A stretch of DNA of 63,546 nt, the filler included. It is 6 parts of 6 records of this genome, joined end to end, with 100 filler letters (N's around TTAATTAATTAA, not from the genome) between each part and the next. Parts side by side here need not be neighbours in the genome. Positions count along the whole stretch, not along the records: positions 5,848 to 12,278 come from DRR723986_45804; positions 12,379 to 34,189 come from DRR723986_45878; 4 more parts are not named here. One strand, written 5' to 3'. Made by a program: the position numbers and the translations under genes. The notes below the pieces were generated by a model. It did no database searches, was not told the DNA's origin, and saw only the letters and a program-made list of their open reading frames with translations. How positions within the stretch are numbered: the stretch's first letter is position 1; every line of letters starts with the position of its first letter. Below are positions 8,134 through 17,958 of this stretch, one piece after another.

Positions 8134-9476
8134 GCAATCGACGACACTTTCTTCGTGGCATTGGTGGATCAGTGCTGGCTCTTCCTTGGATGGGGAGTCT
8201 GTCGGCACAAGCGGCACCAGTTCATTCGGCGCCGCCGCTTCGTATGGCGCACTTCTATGTTCCCATCGGCGTTGTCCGACGAGGTTTTTTCCCAGGTGAA
8301 GCAGACGACGTGATTCCCAAGGGCAACCTTGGCAACGTGATGAAGTCGCTCGGAAAGCAAAACCCGAAACACAACGTTAGCCCGCTGGGCGAATTGACGC
8401 CAACCATGCAGCCACTGGAGGAGCTGAGGGAAGACGTCAATTTGATCACTGGAATGGACCGGACATTCCAACAGGGTACCGACGTTCATGCTCAGTGTGC
8501 ATCGTGTTATTTAAGCAGTGCCAAACCGTTTACTATAGAAGGCAGTGCATGGCCCCTGGACCGGACGCTGGATCACATCGTTGCTGATCAAGTTGGCAGG
8601 ACGACACCGTTTCGGACGCTTGAATTCAGTTGCAACAGTCATCGCGACAACAAAGAATCCATTTACTTCGACAATATCTCGTGGTTCGGAACGGGACACC
8701 TGGCACCCTCGATTCGCGATCCGAGAAAGATGTACCGCCGCCTTTTTTCGACCCAAGAATCGCAGCAGTACCAAGACATCACTAGCCTGGTTCTCGACGA
8801 CGCACGTTCGATGCAACGAGAGCTAGGGCGTTCCGATCGTGACAAGTTTTCAGAGTATTTTGAAGCCATCCGGGCGATCGAGCTTCAGATGAAACGCCTT
8901 GAAAACATGCGTGCCGAGTTGTCGCATGTCAGCTTTGATGAGCCGACCGAAGCCTACATGCCGCGTGGCGACTACATTCGACTGATGGGAGATTTGATGA
9001 TCGCGGCCCTCCAAGCCGGACTAACGAATGTAGCCACTTTTATGGTTGGTCCAGAACGCTGGGATACGCCGTACATGTTTGATGGGCTGTTCGATAAACC
9101 GAGAAGCCATCACCAGATGTCGCACAATCAGACCAAAATGATCGACGACTTATTGAAAGTCGACCAATTCCACATGGAGCAGTTCGCCTACTTAGTCAAA
9201 CGGATGAAGAACATCCAAGAAGCAGACGGAAGCTCGCTCCTGGACAACACCCTCTTCACGTACGGATCGGGCTTGGGCGACGGTTCGACGCACCAATACA
9301 ACGACTTGCCAATTGTCATGGCCGGCGGAGGCAGCAGAGTTAAGACGGGCCAGCACGTCAACATGGCTGAAGGCACGCCACTGGCCAATCTTTGGCTAAC
9401 CCAAGCTCGTTTGATGGGGCTTCCGATGCAAGAATTTGCCGACTCAACAGGCCAAATTTCTGACATCTTGGCCTAA
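8130..9476 (+). CDS. DUF1552 domain protein (Tat-exported)
   Basis: Tat signal NRRHFLRGIGG; HHQMSH, SLLDNTLFTYGSGLGDGSTH and PLANLW. ATGA overlap with the upstream gene. Confidence 0.9.
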   Translation: MSNRRHFLRGIGGSVLALPWMGSLSAQAAPVHSAPPLRMAHFYVPIGVVRRGFFPGEADDVIPKGNLGNVMKSLGKQNPKHNVSPLGELTPTMQPLEELREDVNLITGMDRTFQQGTDVHAQCASCYLSSAKPFTIEGSAWPLDRTLDHIVADQVGRTTPFRTLEFSCNSHRDNKESIYFDNISWFGTGHLAPSIRDPRKMYRRLFSTQESQQYQDITSLVLDDARSMQRELGRSDRDKFSEYFEAIRAIELQMKRLENMRAELSHVSFDEPTEAYMPRGDYIRLMGDLMIAALQAGLTNVATFMVGPERWDTPYMFDGLFDKPRSHHQMSHNQTKMIDDLLKVDQFHMEQFAYLVKRMKNIQEADGSSLLDNTLFTYGSGLGDGSTHQYNDLPIVMAGGGSRVKTGQHVNMAEGTPLANLWLTQARLMGLPMQEFADSTGQISDILA

Positions 9477-9485
9477 TTAAGACTG

Positions 9486-9917
9486 CTAGCCCTGCTGTTG
9501 CTGCACATTGACGTAGAGCATCCGCAGTTGATGCAACGACTCGGTAACAAACTGCGACTCTTCTTCAGTCAAATTGCCCTTGGTTTTTTCTTCGATCACA
9601 CCGGCCAAGTCGATGAAGTGCTTTGCATAAGGCAGATTGACTTCGGGTTGTGAACCATCCTCGGCGGGCATTTGCCCCAGCGCCGAAAGTGCTTGCGACA
9701 GCAACGTGGTCACCAGCAATTGCAGTGAGGCGGGCGGCGGTGGCGGCAACTCGCTGGAAGCTTCGTCGTTGGCAGCGGCTTCACCGCTCGACTGCTCTCC
9801 GTCGCCAGATTCCTTTGCCTCAGCAGCTTCTTTCTCAGCTAGCTCTTCTTTTTCACGCTGGACTTTGGACTTCCAATCCTCATCAACGATGATCTTTGGC
9901 TCTTCTTCACCAGACAT
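9486..9917 (-). CDS. DUF1844 domain protein
   Basis: KIIVDEDWKSKVQREK, PPAS, ALGQ, AKHFID, KTKGNL..EE and L..LRMLYV motifs; likely start MSGEEEPK. Confidence 0.85.
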   Translation of the reverse strand: MSGEEEPKIIVDEDWKSKVQREKEELAEKEAAEAKESGDGEQSSGEAAANDEASSELPPPPPASLQLLVTTLLSQALSALGQMPAEDGSQPEVNLPYAKHFIDLAGVIEEKTKGNLTEEESQFVTESLHQLRMLYVNVQQQQG

Positions 9918-10079
9918 GACAATAGCTCCTTCGCACAACCAAACCGCCCAACATGGGTGATTCAGCGCCATGCCGTAACATGGCGACTGAATCGTAAGTC
10001 GGTATTTTATGCGCGGTAACCGGTAAGTTGAAGGGCTCCGGCCAAACAGGAGGGCAAGCGCGTCGAACGACTAGAAAGA

Positions 10080-10472
10080 CTAACGCTTCTTCTTTTTCTT
10101 CTTCTTGCGTTTCGACTTCTTCCCCTCGGCCGCCTGCTTCTTGGCTTGATCGATAACAGTACGCGCATATTCGCTATCAAGGCGAACCAATTGCGTCGAG
10201 CGTACGTCCAAAACCGAGTAATCCGCCTTGGAACGTTTCACATAGACAAACGGAAGGCAAACTGCTTTGACGTGATAAGGCCGACCTGCGTCAGGAGATT
10301 TGAATCGCAAACGAATGACGCTCGGCTCACCAGCGGAGATGCAATCGTCCCAATAGAACGACGGAAGTTCGTAGGTTTGGCTGAGCGTTGCAATGTAGTC
10401 GCCCTTCTTGATATCCTCTGGAGCTAGTACACTCGCGACAGAGCAGCGATCTGATGCACGCACCTGTGTCAT
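10080..10472 (-). CDS. Hypothetical protein with Lys/Arg-rich C-terminal tail
   Basis: Clean ORF with LAPEDIKKGDYI and VKAVCLPFVYV, ending KKSKRKKKKKKR. The start is uncertain. Confidence 0.65.
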   Translation of the reverse strand: MTQVRASDRCSVASVLAPEDIKKGDYIATLSQTYELPSFYWDDCISAGEPSVIRLRFKSPDAGRPYHVKAVCLPFVYVKRSKADYSVLDVRSTQLVRLDSEYARTVIDQAKKQAAEGKKSKRKKKKKKKR

Positions 10473-10590
10473 AACTCTCTCCCGTTTACCCCAAAAGACG
10501 ATTCGTTCTGATCCATTCGATGTCAGAGTAGGACACGAATCCGAATGTTGGGTTCGCGACATTACAACAGTTCCAGCGGCAGTTCATCAC

Positions 10591-12009
10591 TTGCTATTCC
10601 ATTCACTCACGTACGCTGCGCTTCTCGCATTCACGCTGATCGCATGCGTGCTCCTGCGGCCGAGCCTTCGTCGAATCGCACTGCTGATGGCAAGTTTCCT
10701 GTTCTATGCCGCTTGGCGAGTTGAGTACTTTCTGCTGCTGCTGGTCACGACGCTTTCGTGCCACTACGGTGCTCTTGCGCTTGAGCGGTACCCGCGACAT
10801 CGCAGAGCAATCTTGATCGGTTCCATTGGGCTCAACCTGGGCATACTCTTTGTCTTTAAGTACTACAGTTTTGCGACCGATTCACTGAACACTTTACTAG
10901 GACTAAACCTCGAGACGGACACAGGTTTTCTGCTGCCAGTTGGCATATCGTTCTACACCTTTCAAGCAATCGGTTACATCGTTGACGTTTCGCGTGGGGT
11001 CATTCCGGCAGAACGAAACCCGCTGCGGACGACACTGTTTGTTAGTTTCTTCCCTCAGTTGGTCGCCGGCCCCATCGAACGCGCCAAACGTTTGCTGCCC
11101 GCGTTGTCAGTTCCTACAAGCTTTCGATGGAAAAATTTTCGCATCGGTGGCTGGCTCATCCTCTGGGGGCTTTTCAAGAAACTGGTCATCGCGGACCGCT
11201 TGGCCATTCTGGTTGACGCGGCCTATGCCACGCCGGACCAAAGCAGCTCGCTGGCGCTTACGATTGCGACGTATGCATTTGCGTTTCAGATCTATTGCGA
11301 TTTCTCGGGCTACTCGGACATCGCCATCGGCAGTGCCAAGCTGTTCGGTATCGACCTGATGCAGAACTTCCGCCAACCCTATCTGGCAAGCAGCCTACGT
11401 GATTTCTGGGCGCGATGGCACATCAGCCTATCCACTTGGTTTCGTGATTATCTTTACATTCCACTGGGTGGAAGTCAGTGCAAAACACTTCGTTGGAGCA
11501 GAAACATTTTAATCGTGTTTCTAGTCAGTGGATTGTGGCATGGCGCTGCCTGGACGTTTGTCATATGGGGATTCATTCACGGACTGGGAATCCTCTGCGA
11601 AGCGGTCCTTTCAAGGTTGTTGCCTGACCACACGTCTGGCAACACTTCATCGCACCCTGTAGTTAGATCGATCAAGATCTTCGTCACATTCCATATTGTC
11701 CTTGTGAGCTGGGTGTTCTTCCGCGCGGAGAATTTATCGGACGCACTATTCATCTTGCAAAGAATCACCGAAATAGGTGCCGGTCCGTTGGCGCTGCCAG
11801 ATGCCTTCAGCAACTTAGAAAGGGTGATTGCGGTGGCTGGTCTAGCCTGGATGCTGGCAATTGAAGGCTACTGCAGTGGAAATATGAGGCTGCTGTTTGG
11901 CATTCGTCCGCGATGGCTCCGACAAGTGCTTGTACTAGCAACTCTGCTACTCCTGCTCAACTTTGGGCTGTTCTCCAACCCAGCGCAGTTCGTCTACTTC
12001 CAATTCTGA
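10591..12009 (+). CDS. MBOAT family O-acyltransferase (AlgI/DltB-like)
   Basis: LPVGISFYTFQ, FFPQLVAGPIER, QIYCDFSGYSD, FWARWHISLSTWFRDY, SGLWHGA and C-terminal FVYFQF. The likely start is TTG 10591 (MLFHS). Confidence 0.92.
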   Translation: MLFHSLTYAALLAFTLIACVLLRPSLRRIALLMASFLFYAAWRVEYFLLLLVTTLSCHYGALALERYPRHRRAILIGSIGLNLGILFVFKYYSFATDSLNTLLGLNLETDTGFLLPVGISFYTFQAIGYIVDVSRGVIPAERNPLRTTLFVSFFPQLVAGPIERAKRLLPALSVPTSFRWKNFRIGGWLILWGLFKKLVIADRLAILVDAAYATPDQSSSLALTIATYAFAFQIYCDFSGYSDIAIGSAKLFGIDLMQNFRQPYLASSLRDFWARWHISLSTWFRDYLYIPLGGSQCKTLRWSRNILIVFLVSGLWHGAAWTFVIWGFIHGLGILCEAVLSRLLPDHTSGNTSSHPVVRSIKIFVTFHIVLVSWVFFRAENLSDALFILQRITEIGAGPLALPDAFSNLERVIAVAGLAWMLAIEGYCSGNMRLLFGIRPRWLRQVLVLATLLLLLNFGLFSNPAQFVYFQF

Positions 12010-12105
12010 CAAGCGGTTGCACTTAACTTCGTGCATTCGAGCTGTGACGCGATTTTGATGTGAGTGAATCGCTTCGTGTAGATTTGAGTGATCGGTTTCA
12101 CTGAA

Positions 12106-12276
12106 TCAGTCTGCACCTTCGGCGTCGCGCTTCGTTAGCGAACGCCGAGCTGCCCAGCGACGGGTTTCGATGACGCAAAGCGCAATGATCAGCAAGAGTC
12201 CCAGGGCGATGAATCCAAGGTCGCCATCTTCTAGCATGCCTGCGCCAAGAAGTATCCAGCCGAATATGATTCCTAG
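12106..12276 (-). CDS. 3' end of a membrane protein, truncated by the contig end
   Basis: Manual translation ...LGIIFGWILLGAGMLEDGDLGFIALGLLLIIALCVIETRRWAARRSLTKRDAEGAD*. Confidence 0.5.
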   Translation of the reverse strand, partial: LGIIFGWILLGAGMLEDGDLGFIALGLLLIIALCVIETRRWAARRSLTKRDAEGAD

Positions 12277-12278
12277 GA

Positions 12279-12378
12279 NNNNNNNNNNNNNNNNNNNNNN
12301 NNNNNNNNNNNNNNNNNNNNNNTTAATTAATTAANNNNNNNNNNNNNNNNNNNNNNNNNNNNNNNNNNNNNNNNNNNN
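12279..12378. other. Artificial contig linker
   Basis: N44-TTAATTAATTAA-N44. Confidence 0.98.
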
Positions 12379-12565
12379 CGCCTCTGTAGCTTTAGCGCAC
12401 GAGGTCAGCACAAGCCAAAAGGACCAAAAAATCTAGCTGAAAGCTCTGCCTTGGGAAACCACTTTTCTTTTTTCGTCTTTTTATTTTCAATGTGTTAGAT
12501 TGCTGCGCAGTGATTGAACTCCCTCGCCAACACCTAAAACCTTCTGAATTTCAGGCTGAATAAGA

Positions 12566-12793
12566 CTAGCCCTTAGCCGATCTGAATTCTTTAATAAACC
12601 CTACGATTTTTTTTCTGAATGCAAAAAACAAGATGATATAAGGAATCACCATGATATACAGTATACCTGCATTCAATGCACTTTGAGCCTCTACCTCTGT
12701 ATCTTCAGCCACAGCTTTACACATAGCGCATTGCGAAAAAGATGCCACTGAGTAAATCATGAAACCCAAGAATATCAATAGTTTTGTTCTCAT
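12566..12793 (-). CDS. Small Bacteroidota membrane protein with CAMCKA motif
   Basis: Signal-like N-terminus, QCAMCKA and LNAGILYIM.IPY. A Bacteroidota -7 promoter element TATCTTTG lies at 12806-12813 (minus strand). Confidence 0.75.
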   Translation of the reverse strand: MRTKLLIFLGFMIYSVASFSQCAMCKAVAEDTEVEAQSALNAGILYIMVIPYIILFFAFRKKIVGFIKEFRSAKG

Positions 12794-12869
12794 ATTAATC
12801 GTTAACAAAGATACGAAACAATTGTATAGACAACAATTTTTCAGTTTCTTTGTGCTTCAAAATTGATCT

Positions 12870-13865
12870 ATGACGGACGTAACTACACTTGGCGAATTTA
12901 TTATTGAAAGACAAATGGATTTTCCAGGATCTTCTGGTGAATTTTCGCGTTTACTTTCGGCTATACGGTTGGCCTCAAAAATTGTGAGTCAACAAGTAAA
13001 TAAAGCAGGTTTACTTAGTAATATACTGGGTGCAGCAGGTAGTGAAAACATTCAAGGCGAAGCCCAACAAAAATTAGATGTTTTTGCCAATGATCAATTC
13101 ATTAAAGCTTTAACTGCACGAAAAGTTATTTGCGGGATAGCATCTGAAGAAAATGACGAATACATATCCATTAATGAAGAAGGCTCCTATATTGTTGCTA
13201 TGGATCCACTTGATGGATCATCAAATATTGATGTGAACGTATCAATCGGAACTATTTTTAGTGTTTACAAGCGTATTTCTCCAATTGGAACGCCAGTAAC
13301 AGAAGCAGATTTTTTACAAAAAGGAACTGAACAGTTAGCAGCAGGATATGTAATCTACGGATCATCCACTATGTTGGTATATACAACTGGAAACGGTGTC
13401 AATGGATTTACTTATGATCCAGGATTAGGTGTTTTCATTTTATCGCACCCTAACATGACCATACCGGCAGTTGGAAAAATTTACTCTATGAATGAGGGTA
13501 ATTTTTACAAATCATCAGAAGGGATTCAAAACTTTATTAAATACGCACAGCATATTGACCCAGCATCAAATCGTCCATATACAGCAAGATACATTGGATC
13601 CTTGGTAGCTGATTTTCATAGAAATCTCATCAAAGGAGGAGTTTACTTGTATCCATCAACAACAACGGCTCCAAAAGGTAAATTGAGGTTGTTATACGAA
13701 TGTAACCCAATGGCCATGATCATGGAACAAGCAGGAGGTAAAGCCTCAGATGGTGCCATGAGAATTATGGATATTGAACCCACTGATTTACACCAACGTG
13801 TTCCATTTTTTGCAGGAACCAATCACATGGTGAATAAAATTGAGGAGCTCATTAAAGCTGAGTAA
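12870..13865 (+). CDS. fbp: Class 1 fructose-1,6-bisphosphatase
   Basis: [39 protein letters not shown] and [11 protein letters not shown]. Confidence 0.96.
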   Translation: MTDVTTLGEFIIERQMDFPGSSGEFSRLLSAIRLASKIVSQQVNKAGLLSNILGAAGSENIQGEAQQKLDVFANDQFIKALTARKVICGIASEENDEYISINEEGSYIVAMDPLDGSSNIDVNVSIGTIFSVYKRISPIGTPVTEADFLQKGTEQLAAGYVIYGSSTMLVYTTGNGVNGFTYDPGLGVFILSHPNMTIPAVGKIYSMNEGNFYKSSEGIQNFIKYAQHIDPASNRPYTARYIGSLVADFHRNLIKGGVYLYPSTTTAPKGKLRLLYECNPMAMIMEQAGGKASDGAMRIMDIEPTDLHQRVPFFAGTNHMVNKIEELIKAE

Positions 13866-13883
13866 AAACAATTATCATAAATC

Positions 13884-13918
13884 AAAAAGAGTCCCGGATA
13901 TACCGCGACTCTTTTTTT
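13884..13918. terminator. Bidirectional intrinsic terminator
   Basis: AAAAAGAGTC...GACTCTTTTTTT between convergent genes. Confidence 0.75.
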
Positions 13919-13952
13919 GTTTTAAGCTATGATAGAATTGTTAATTCCTATT

Positions 13953-14342
13953 TTAATGAAGCAGATTCTTTTTAAACAAGAAAGCTATACTTCCTGAAAA
14001 GAAAACTGCCGTAGCGAGAATGGTTACAAAAAATAACATGTTCTCAAACATTGGATTGACAAAATCTGGATTGGTATTCATAATCATATCCAGAAAGGCA
14101 ATCAACGTCATTACTAAATAAACACAAGATCCATAAAGTAACGAGCCTTTTAATTCTTTGCGATAACGCATTTTGTTTAGAATGTAAACGCTAGCACTGA
14201 TGATTAAAATGTAAGATATCAGCACCGAAAACAAGTTAGCAACAAACAAATTACTTACAACAATCAACAAGACTCCCCCAATGGCTCCGAAAAGAAGCGC
14301 AAGCGGCAAAATTTTGTTTAGTTCTTTTTTTAAGTAATCCAT
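13953..14342 (-). CDS. Hypothetical 4-TM membrane protein
   Basis: 129-aa ORF with four hydrophobic segments. Confidence 0.7.
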   Translation of the reverse strand: MDYLKKELNKILPLALLFGAIGGVLLIVVSNLFVANLFSVLISYILIISASVYILNKMRYRKELKGSLLYGSCVYLVMTLIAFLDMIMNTNPDFVNPMFENMLFFVTILATAVFFSGSIAFLFKKNLLH

Positions 14343-14591
14343 TTTTATGCTTTCTATTAAGACGTTCTTAAAATGCTTATAGTTTGTTCATTAATGATTT
14401 GTAACGAAAATTTAACTTTTTGATTTGGTGGAAAATATGTAAGATCATAGTTTGAAGTTTTTAAAAGTGTGTTTGTGTTGTCTTATATAATATACGTATG
14501 AAAGTTTGAAAAAATTGCCTGCACCTATCTCTCATTTATTTAACTGTATATGTCATAGATTTAAATAGGTAACCTTTTCTATTTAAAAAAC

Positions 14592-14656
14592 TGACAAAAG
14601 TCATTTAACACATTAATGAGTGTCATTTTTACTACAGTATTCATAACCTAATTTTG
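14592..14656 (+). promoter_or_regulatory. TGAC-N4-GTCA palindrome (Crp/Fnr-family-like site) plus Bacteroidota -7 element
   Basis: TGACAAAAGTCA at 14592-14603 and TAATTTTG (TAnnTTTG) at 14649-14656, upstream of ATG 14686. Confidence 0.5.
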
Positions 14657-14685
14657 GGGTATAGAAACTTTAATACTGTGAAATC

Positions 14686-15009
14686 ATGAGTGAAGCAATT
14701 CAATTATCAAAACAAAAATCTGCATCAAAAAACGTTGAGTTACCAAATATTTTTACAAAATTTTTCGGTGATATTGAGTTCAACAGATACGGGTTAATCG
14801 CCGTAATCATTTTAGCTGTTGTTTGTACAGCGAGTGTAGCGGTTGGTTTAGGATCAATGACCAATCCTGTAGAAATTGCATTTTTGATTTTCCCTTGCGT
14901 CTTTACATTATCATTCATTCTAGCAGTAGCTCCAATGAAATTGATTATGTACACTGCAAGTGTTTCTTTGCTAATTTCTATCAGCTTAATTATAATTAAC
15001 GTGGTATAA
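14686..15009 (+). CDS. Hypothetical 3-TM membrane protein
   Basis: 107 aa; hydrophobic after NRYGLIA; LAVAPMK motif; has its own promoter and terminator. Confidence 0.75.
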   Translation: MSEAIQLSKQKSASKNVELPNIFTKFFGDIEFNRYGLIAVIILAVVCTASVAVGLGSMTNPVEIAFLIFPCVFTLSFILAVAPMKLIMYTASVSLLISISLIIINVV

Positions 15010-15035
15010 TTCAATAATTAACCCTTGAATAGATG

Positions 15036-15063
15036 AGGTCGGCTTTTGCCGGCCTTTTTTTTT
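15036..15063 (+). terminator. Intrinsic terminator
   Basis: AGGTCGGC-TTTT-GCCGGCCT followed by a T run. Confidence 0.8.
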
Positions 15064-16129
15064 AATCTAACCTCAATAAATAATTCGATCCGGAAGAATT
15101 TGAGCTGGCCACATGAAGCTTTCCTTGATAAATGGCCAATTCCTCAACTTTATCTGAAACTCCCCCATTTAAAGAAACCCATTCTGTACCGTTCCATTTG
15201 ATGACATTGTTCGAAGCAACAGAATTTGAGCCGCTAAATTCGCCACCAACGATTAATTGATTGCCGTATGACTCACCTTTTATCGCTCCCTGGAAGCCGC
15301 CATTCAGGCCACCATCTAAATCTTCCCAGCTAGAACCATTCCATTGAGCTATAAACTTACAATCCGTATTTCCACCAACAGATTCTGTAAAATTCCCAAG
15401 TGCTATTACTTTTCCGTCGTATTCAACTAAATCTCTCACCTCTCCATTAAATCCTTGCCCCATTGCAGACCAAGTTGATCCATTCCAAACCGCTACTCCG
15501 TTCAATACTGTTGATCCAGAATTATCAAAACTACCACCAGCATAAAGTTTTCCGTTAAATGTTAGCAGGTCATTAACTTTACCATCAAGGCCATCTCCAA
15601 CCTCTTGAAAAGTTCCGGAAGAATTAGACCTAATATGTGGAGCAACGCCACAAGCAGCATAAACGTGATCACCATACCTTTCAATCGAGTACATGTTTGT
15701 TCCAACACTTACGGCTCCATTCCAAGGGTTTACATCCCCTGGATTATAAGAATACGCACCATATATGCCTAAAGCACCAACTCCATAAGTTACACCGTCT
15801 GCCACCTGAATTTTTTCAATACCAAAACCACTTCCTAAGGTTTGACCATGTTCTATTATTTCTGAACCTGAAATTACCCCAGAAATAGATGACAAATCTA
15901 GATAGGTGAATAAAAGCTCATCACCAACAACTCCCAATGCCTGTGCCTCCTCATTAGCAAAAAAGGAACTAAACAAACTCGTCCATTGTGTGCCTTTAAT
16001 TTCAGCAACATTATCGGTACTATCTGAGGGATTCTCTAGATTTAAATCCACAGGAATTTCTTTTTTACACGAACTGAAAAGGCACGCCAAAAAAACTAAA
16101 CTTCCGGTTATTTTACTGATCAATTTCAT
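15062..16129 (-). CDS. Lipoprotein with beta-propeller repeats (WNGxxW / LYAGGxF; Rax2-like)
   Basis: Lipobox FSSC-KKE; ~50-aa repeats V.DL...NGKLYAGG.F...VAVWNGSTW. Confidence 0.75.
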   Translation of the reverse strand: MKLISKITGSLVFLACLFSSCKKEIPVDLNLENPSDSTDNVAEIKGTQWTSLFSSFFANEEAQALGVVGDELLFTYLDLSSISGVISGSEIIEHGQTLGSGFGIEKIQVADGVTYGVGALGIYGAYSYNPGDVNPWNGAVSVGTNMYSIERYGDHVYAACGVAPHIRSNSSGTFQEVGDGLDGKVNDLLTFNGKLYAGGSFDNSGSTVLNGVAVWNGSTWSAMGQGFNGEVRDLVEYDGKVIALGNFTESVGGNTDCKFIAQWNGSSWEDLDGGLNGGFQGAIKGESYGNQLIVGGEFSGSNSVASNNVIKWNGTEWVSLNGGVSDKVEELAIYQGKLHVASSNSSGSNYLLRLD

Positions 16130-17204
16130 AGACTCCTGAACTCGTTGCCAGATATAGCTTATTATTCAATTTTGTAATGTCTCGAGCGTCAGTGGTCATA
16201 TTTCCGACATTCGACCATACTGACCCATCAAAGGATAGCACCTTTGAGGTTTGTACATCATCCATTAAAAACCCTCCTCCTAATAAATACAATTTATCGT
16301 CTATAACTTTAAGGTTATCAAATGAAGTTACTAAACCTGCCGCAGTAACTGATGATTCATTAGTCCATACTCCGGCACTTGTCATTTTCTTAACAACAAT
16401 TCCATTATTAAAATTCCCAAGGATATATAATTCTGAATTATAGACTTCAGCCGAAAACACTTCATCTTGCCAATAAGGGTCATTGTAGATAATATCAATC
16501 CACGAAGACCCATTCCATTTTTGAAGCAACAACTCATCACCCACGGCATACAATTCACCATTAAATTCTATTGTCTGATAAACATGTGCAACTAAATTTG
16601 ATAATCCTTGAGGTACCTCATTCGTTAAGAAATCAACATTCTCAGACACGAATAGGTTGTCTGAATCTGGAGCGAAATACCCTGAAACAACTATTCCACC
16701 ATTGAATTCTTGAATATCTCTAATATTGTCAAAACTTGTCGTGGTTATTTCGACCTCTGAAATTATCCCGCTATTGTTCATTTTGAAGAAACTGTAGGCA
16801 CTAATCAATTGATCTAAATTGAAATAACTAAATGCGCCGCAAGCATATAGCGAATTGTTTATTATCTCAAGATCAGAAACTCCGCCAAAATACCAATTCC
16901 CTTGTGCTGCTTGAACGACTTGGCCTTGCGAATTAAGCTTTGCAAAAGATTCTAAAGAATCATCAATTAACTCAAAATCCCCTCCAATATAAATTTCACC
17001 ATTAAAAGCTTCAATTGACATCAGATCGAGTCCTGACTCATTCGTTACTTTCGACCATGTTCCGTTAGAACCTGTTCCTGAAGTATCTTCTACTGAACTG
17101 TCAGTTACTCCAGGGACATGTACAATCTCTTTTCGACAAGCCGCTATGCTGACCAATAAAACTGTGGCAACAACCACTATCCATATTTTATTTTGAAAAT
17201 CCAA
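16113..17204 (-). CDS. Lipoprotein with beta-propeller repeats, apparent paralog of 15062-16129
   Basis: Lipobox IAAC-RKE; FNGEIYIGGDF, KWNGSSW and FDGSVW repeats; TTG start. Confidence 0.75.
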   Translation of the reverse strand: MDFQNKIWIVVVATVLLVSIAACRKEIVHVPGVTDSSVEDTSGTGSNGTWSKVTNESGLDLMSIEAFNGEIYIGGDFELIDDSLESFAKLNSQGQVVQAAQGNWYFGGVSDLEIINNSLYACGAFSYFNLDQLISAYSFFKMNNSGIISEVEITTTSFDNIRDIQEFNGGIVVSGYFAPDSDNLFVSENVDFLTNEVPQGLSNLVAHVYQTIEFNGELYAVGDELLLQKWNGSSWIDIIYNDPYWQDEVFSAEVYNSELYILGNFNNGIVVKKMTSAGVWTNESSVTAAGLVTSFDNLKVIDDKLYLLGGGFLMDDVQTSKVLSFDGSVWSNVGNMTTDARDITKLNNKLYLATSSGVYEIDQ

Positions 17205-17958
17205 ATCTTAAATAAATTTCTATATAGCTCGAACTTTGTAGGTTAACTAATGCTATTCTGTCAACAATATCGTGAAAATTATCCTTATAATTATCTCGAG
17301 TAATGCTATGTGCATTTCTATCTCTCATAAATAAGGTAGACCTTAGACCATAATCCAAGGAAAATAATCTACTTAACAATCTGTTTCTGCCGAACCCAAA
17401 AGTGACCCCAATATCGTTAGATATTAAAAGTCCCGGTTGTCGCCTATCGGTTATAACAACCGTCTCATAATTTAAATCAACTTTTTCTGAGATATACGTT
17501 GGAAAAACATCAGTATAACTGGTATTATATTGTCCCCCAATAAATACATAACGTCCGATAGGTGCGACTTCGCTGAAAATTCTTACTTCCAAGCCCAAAC
17601 CGTATGAATTGGTTTTAAATTTGAATCGATCCGTTAACACTAATGAACTATAAGCAGGATTATCATAGTCATAAGTGTTAACTTCAAGACCCGTATTTTG
17701 AATGCCATGAAAAGAACCAAAAAAATTAATCGATATCGCCTTATGTAACGCGAAACCTATATTAGCTTCAAATTTTGGAGGGAACATGCTCCATTCATAA
17801 GTATTGGAAACTCCAGAATTATGAAAAATTATTCTATTGTTAGTTGGGAAGTTCAGAGCTGTACCCAATGTTGCAGTGAACCGTTTACCCAAATAGGTGT
17901 TCTGTCCTGATCCGCAAATAGCACAAGCTAATAATAATAATGTCAACAATCCTTTCAT
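17188..17958 (-). CDS. Putative outer-membrane beta-barrel protein
   Basis: Signal peptide, alternating amphipathic strands and C-terminal IEIYLRFGFSK. Confidence 0.6.
   Translation of the reverse strand: MKGLLTLLLLACAICGSGQNTYLGKRFTATLGTALNFPTNNRIIFHNSGVSNTYEWSMFPPKFEANIGFALHKAISINFFGSFHGIQNTGLEVNTYDYDNPAYSSLVLTDRFKFKTNSYGLGLEVRIFSEVAPIGRYVFIGGQYNTSYTDVFPTYISEKVDLNYETVVITDRRQPGLLISNDIGVTFGFGRNRLLSRLFSLDYGLRSTLFMRDRNAHSITRDNYKDNFHDIVDRIALVNLQSSSYIEIYLRFGFSK

Noticed and set aside
10408..10590. 61-aa N-terminal extension of the MBOAT ORF overlapping the divergent gene
   Set aside because: AlgI-like proteins begin at MLFxS, so TTG 10591 is the likelier start and removes the overlap.
5963..12051. 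13-bp direct repeat GAGCTGTGACGCG at 5963-5975 and 12039-12051 bracketing the planctomycete genes (possible att sites)
   Set aside because: One 13-mer match within a 6.4-kb contig is not unlikely by chance, and there is no integrase or tRNA nearby.
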